DNA of 41,169 nucleotides from a virus: IMG/VR virus record IMGVR_UViG_3300005824_000019, positions 1 to 41,169 of that record; one strand, 5' to 3'. Shown piece by piece: positions 40,737 to 41,169 of this stretch (position 1 is its first letter; each line of letters starts with the position of its first letter). The notes under the pieces were generated by a model. It saw only the letters and a program-made list of their open reading frames with translations, ran no database searches and was not told where the DNA came from. The position numbers and the translations under genes were made by a program.

Positions 40737-41169
40737 TTACATCATCCCTGGTTGTGGCTCCTGGTCGGCCAGCAAACCGCCGCCAGCGACGGTTCCGGCT
40801 CCCAGGCCGTACATTGGCATGTCTCCGCGTATCAGGCCGCGCAGGACCTCCTGGGGCGTCTTACCGGTGACCCTGGAAGTGCGCTCGATCATCTCGTTGA
40901 CCCAGCGGATCATGGGCTTGCCCTCGGACCCCTTGAATCCGGCCCAGGCGACGTCCTGCAGGTTAGCGGGCTCCACGCCCTTCTCCCTGGCCACCTGCCC
41001 CACAACATCCTCCAGGATGCCGTAGGAGTCGCCTGGGGGAGCGTTCTGCCCGATCATGCCCTGGGTCATCTGCTCGTCCAGGGTGGAACGCGAACGATCG
41101 CCCAGGAAATTGGAGGAGAAATTGAAGCGTTTCGGGTGGCCGGAGGCGGACAGCATATCGCCCTGGTTC
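40737..41169 (-). CDS. C-terminal part of the 381-aa wrap-around ORF (see feature 1..833).
   Basis: The stop codon TAA at 40739-40737 directly abuts the ATG of the 795-aa gene (TAAATG). '...HPKRFNFSSNFLGDRSRSTLDEQMTQGM...MPMYGLGAGTVAGGGLLADQEPQPGMM*'. Confidence 0.8.
   Translation of the reverse strand, partial: NQGDMLSASGHPKRFNFSSNFLGDRSRSTLDEQMTQGMIGQNAPPGDSYGILEDVVGQVAREKGVEPANLQDVAWAGFKGSEGKPMIRWVNEMIERTSRVTGKTPQEVLRGLIRGDMPMYGLGAGTVAGGGLLADQEPQPGMM
41050..41169. repeat. Second copy of the 120-nt terminal repeat (identical to 1-120).
   Basis: Base-by-base identity with 1-120. Confidence 0.95.

Overview
This window is a complete, circularly closing dsDNA tailed-phage genome. Bases 1-120 are identical to 41050-41169, which gives a 41,049-bp unit. 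It is GC-rich and looks short-tailed and lytic: I saw no tape-measure, sheath, integrase or lysogeny module.

Two divergent transcription units leave one 125-bp control region at 27545-27669.
- The plus-strand arm (27670-36998) is the early/replication arm. It encodes an RHH regulator, a DUF2800-type PD-(D/E)XK nuclease, a DUF2815-type SSB, a family-A DNA polymerase, VRR-NUC and an SNF2 helicase, followed by about 12 small accessory genes.
- The minus-strand arm runs 27544 down through the window ends to 36971. It encodes an AEP primase-helicase, TerS, TerL, portal, scaffold, an SU10/P22-class major capsid protein and adaptor/tail proteins. Next comes an elaborate fibre cluster: three collagen-like proteins, two tail-collar proteins, LamG and CBM5/12 modules, and a nested lipoprotein. 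A block of presumed internal/ejected proteins closes the arm.
- The two arms converge with a 28-nt 3' overlap.

The most interesting observations are:
1. A signal-peptide + DUF4114-like + exosortase-type (PEP-CTERM/VPLPA-CTERM-like) C-terminal sorting-signal protein, inserted as a cassette in the virion module.
2. A gene chain resembling a fragmented 'polyvalent protein'. It includes a 795-aa protein with two tandem ART-like modules, a recurrent Gly/Ala-acidic boundary motif, and an unresolved frame change at 38.35-38.56 kb.
3. A back-to-back promoter pair built on the palindrome GTTGCAtcccTGCAAC.
4. Duplicated promoter/5'-hairpin/SD cassettes.
5. A 19-bp long-range stem enclosing 86 nt in the accessory arm.
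6. Iteron-like 10-bp repeats at the 3' end of the primase-helicase gene.

All family assignments are by-eye motif recognition and need HMM or structure searches.
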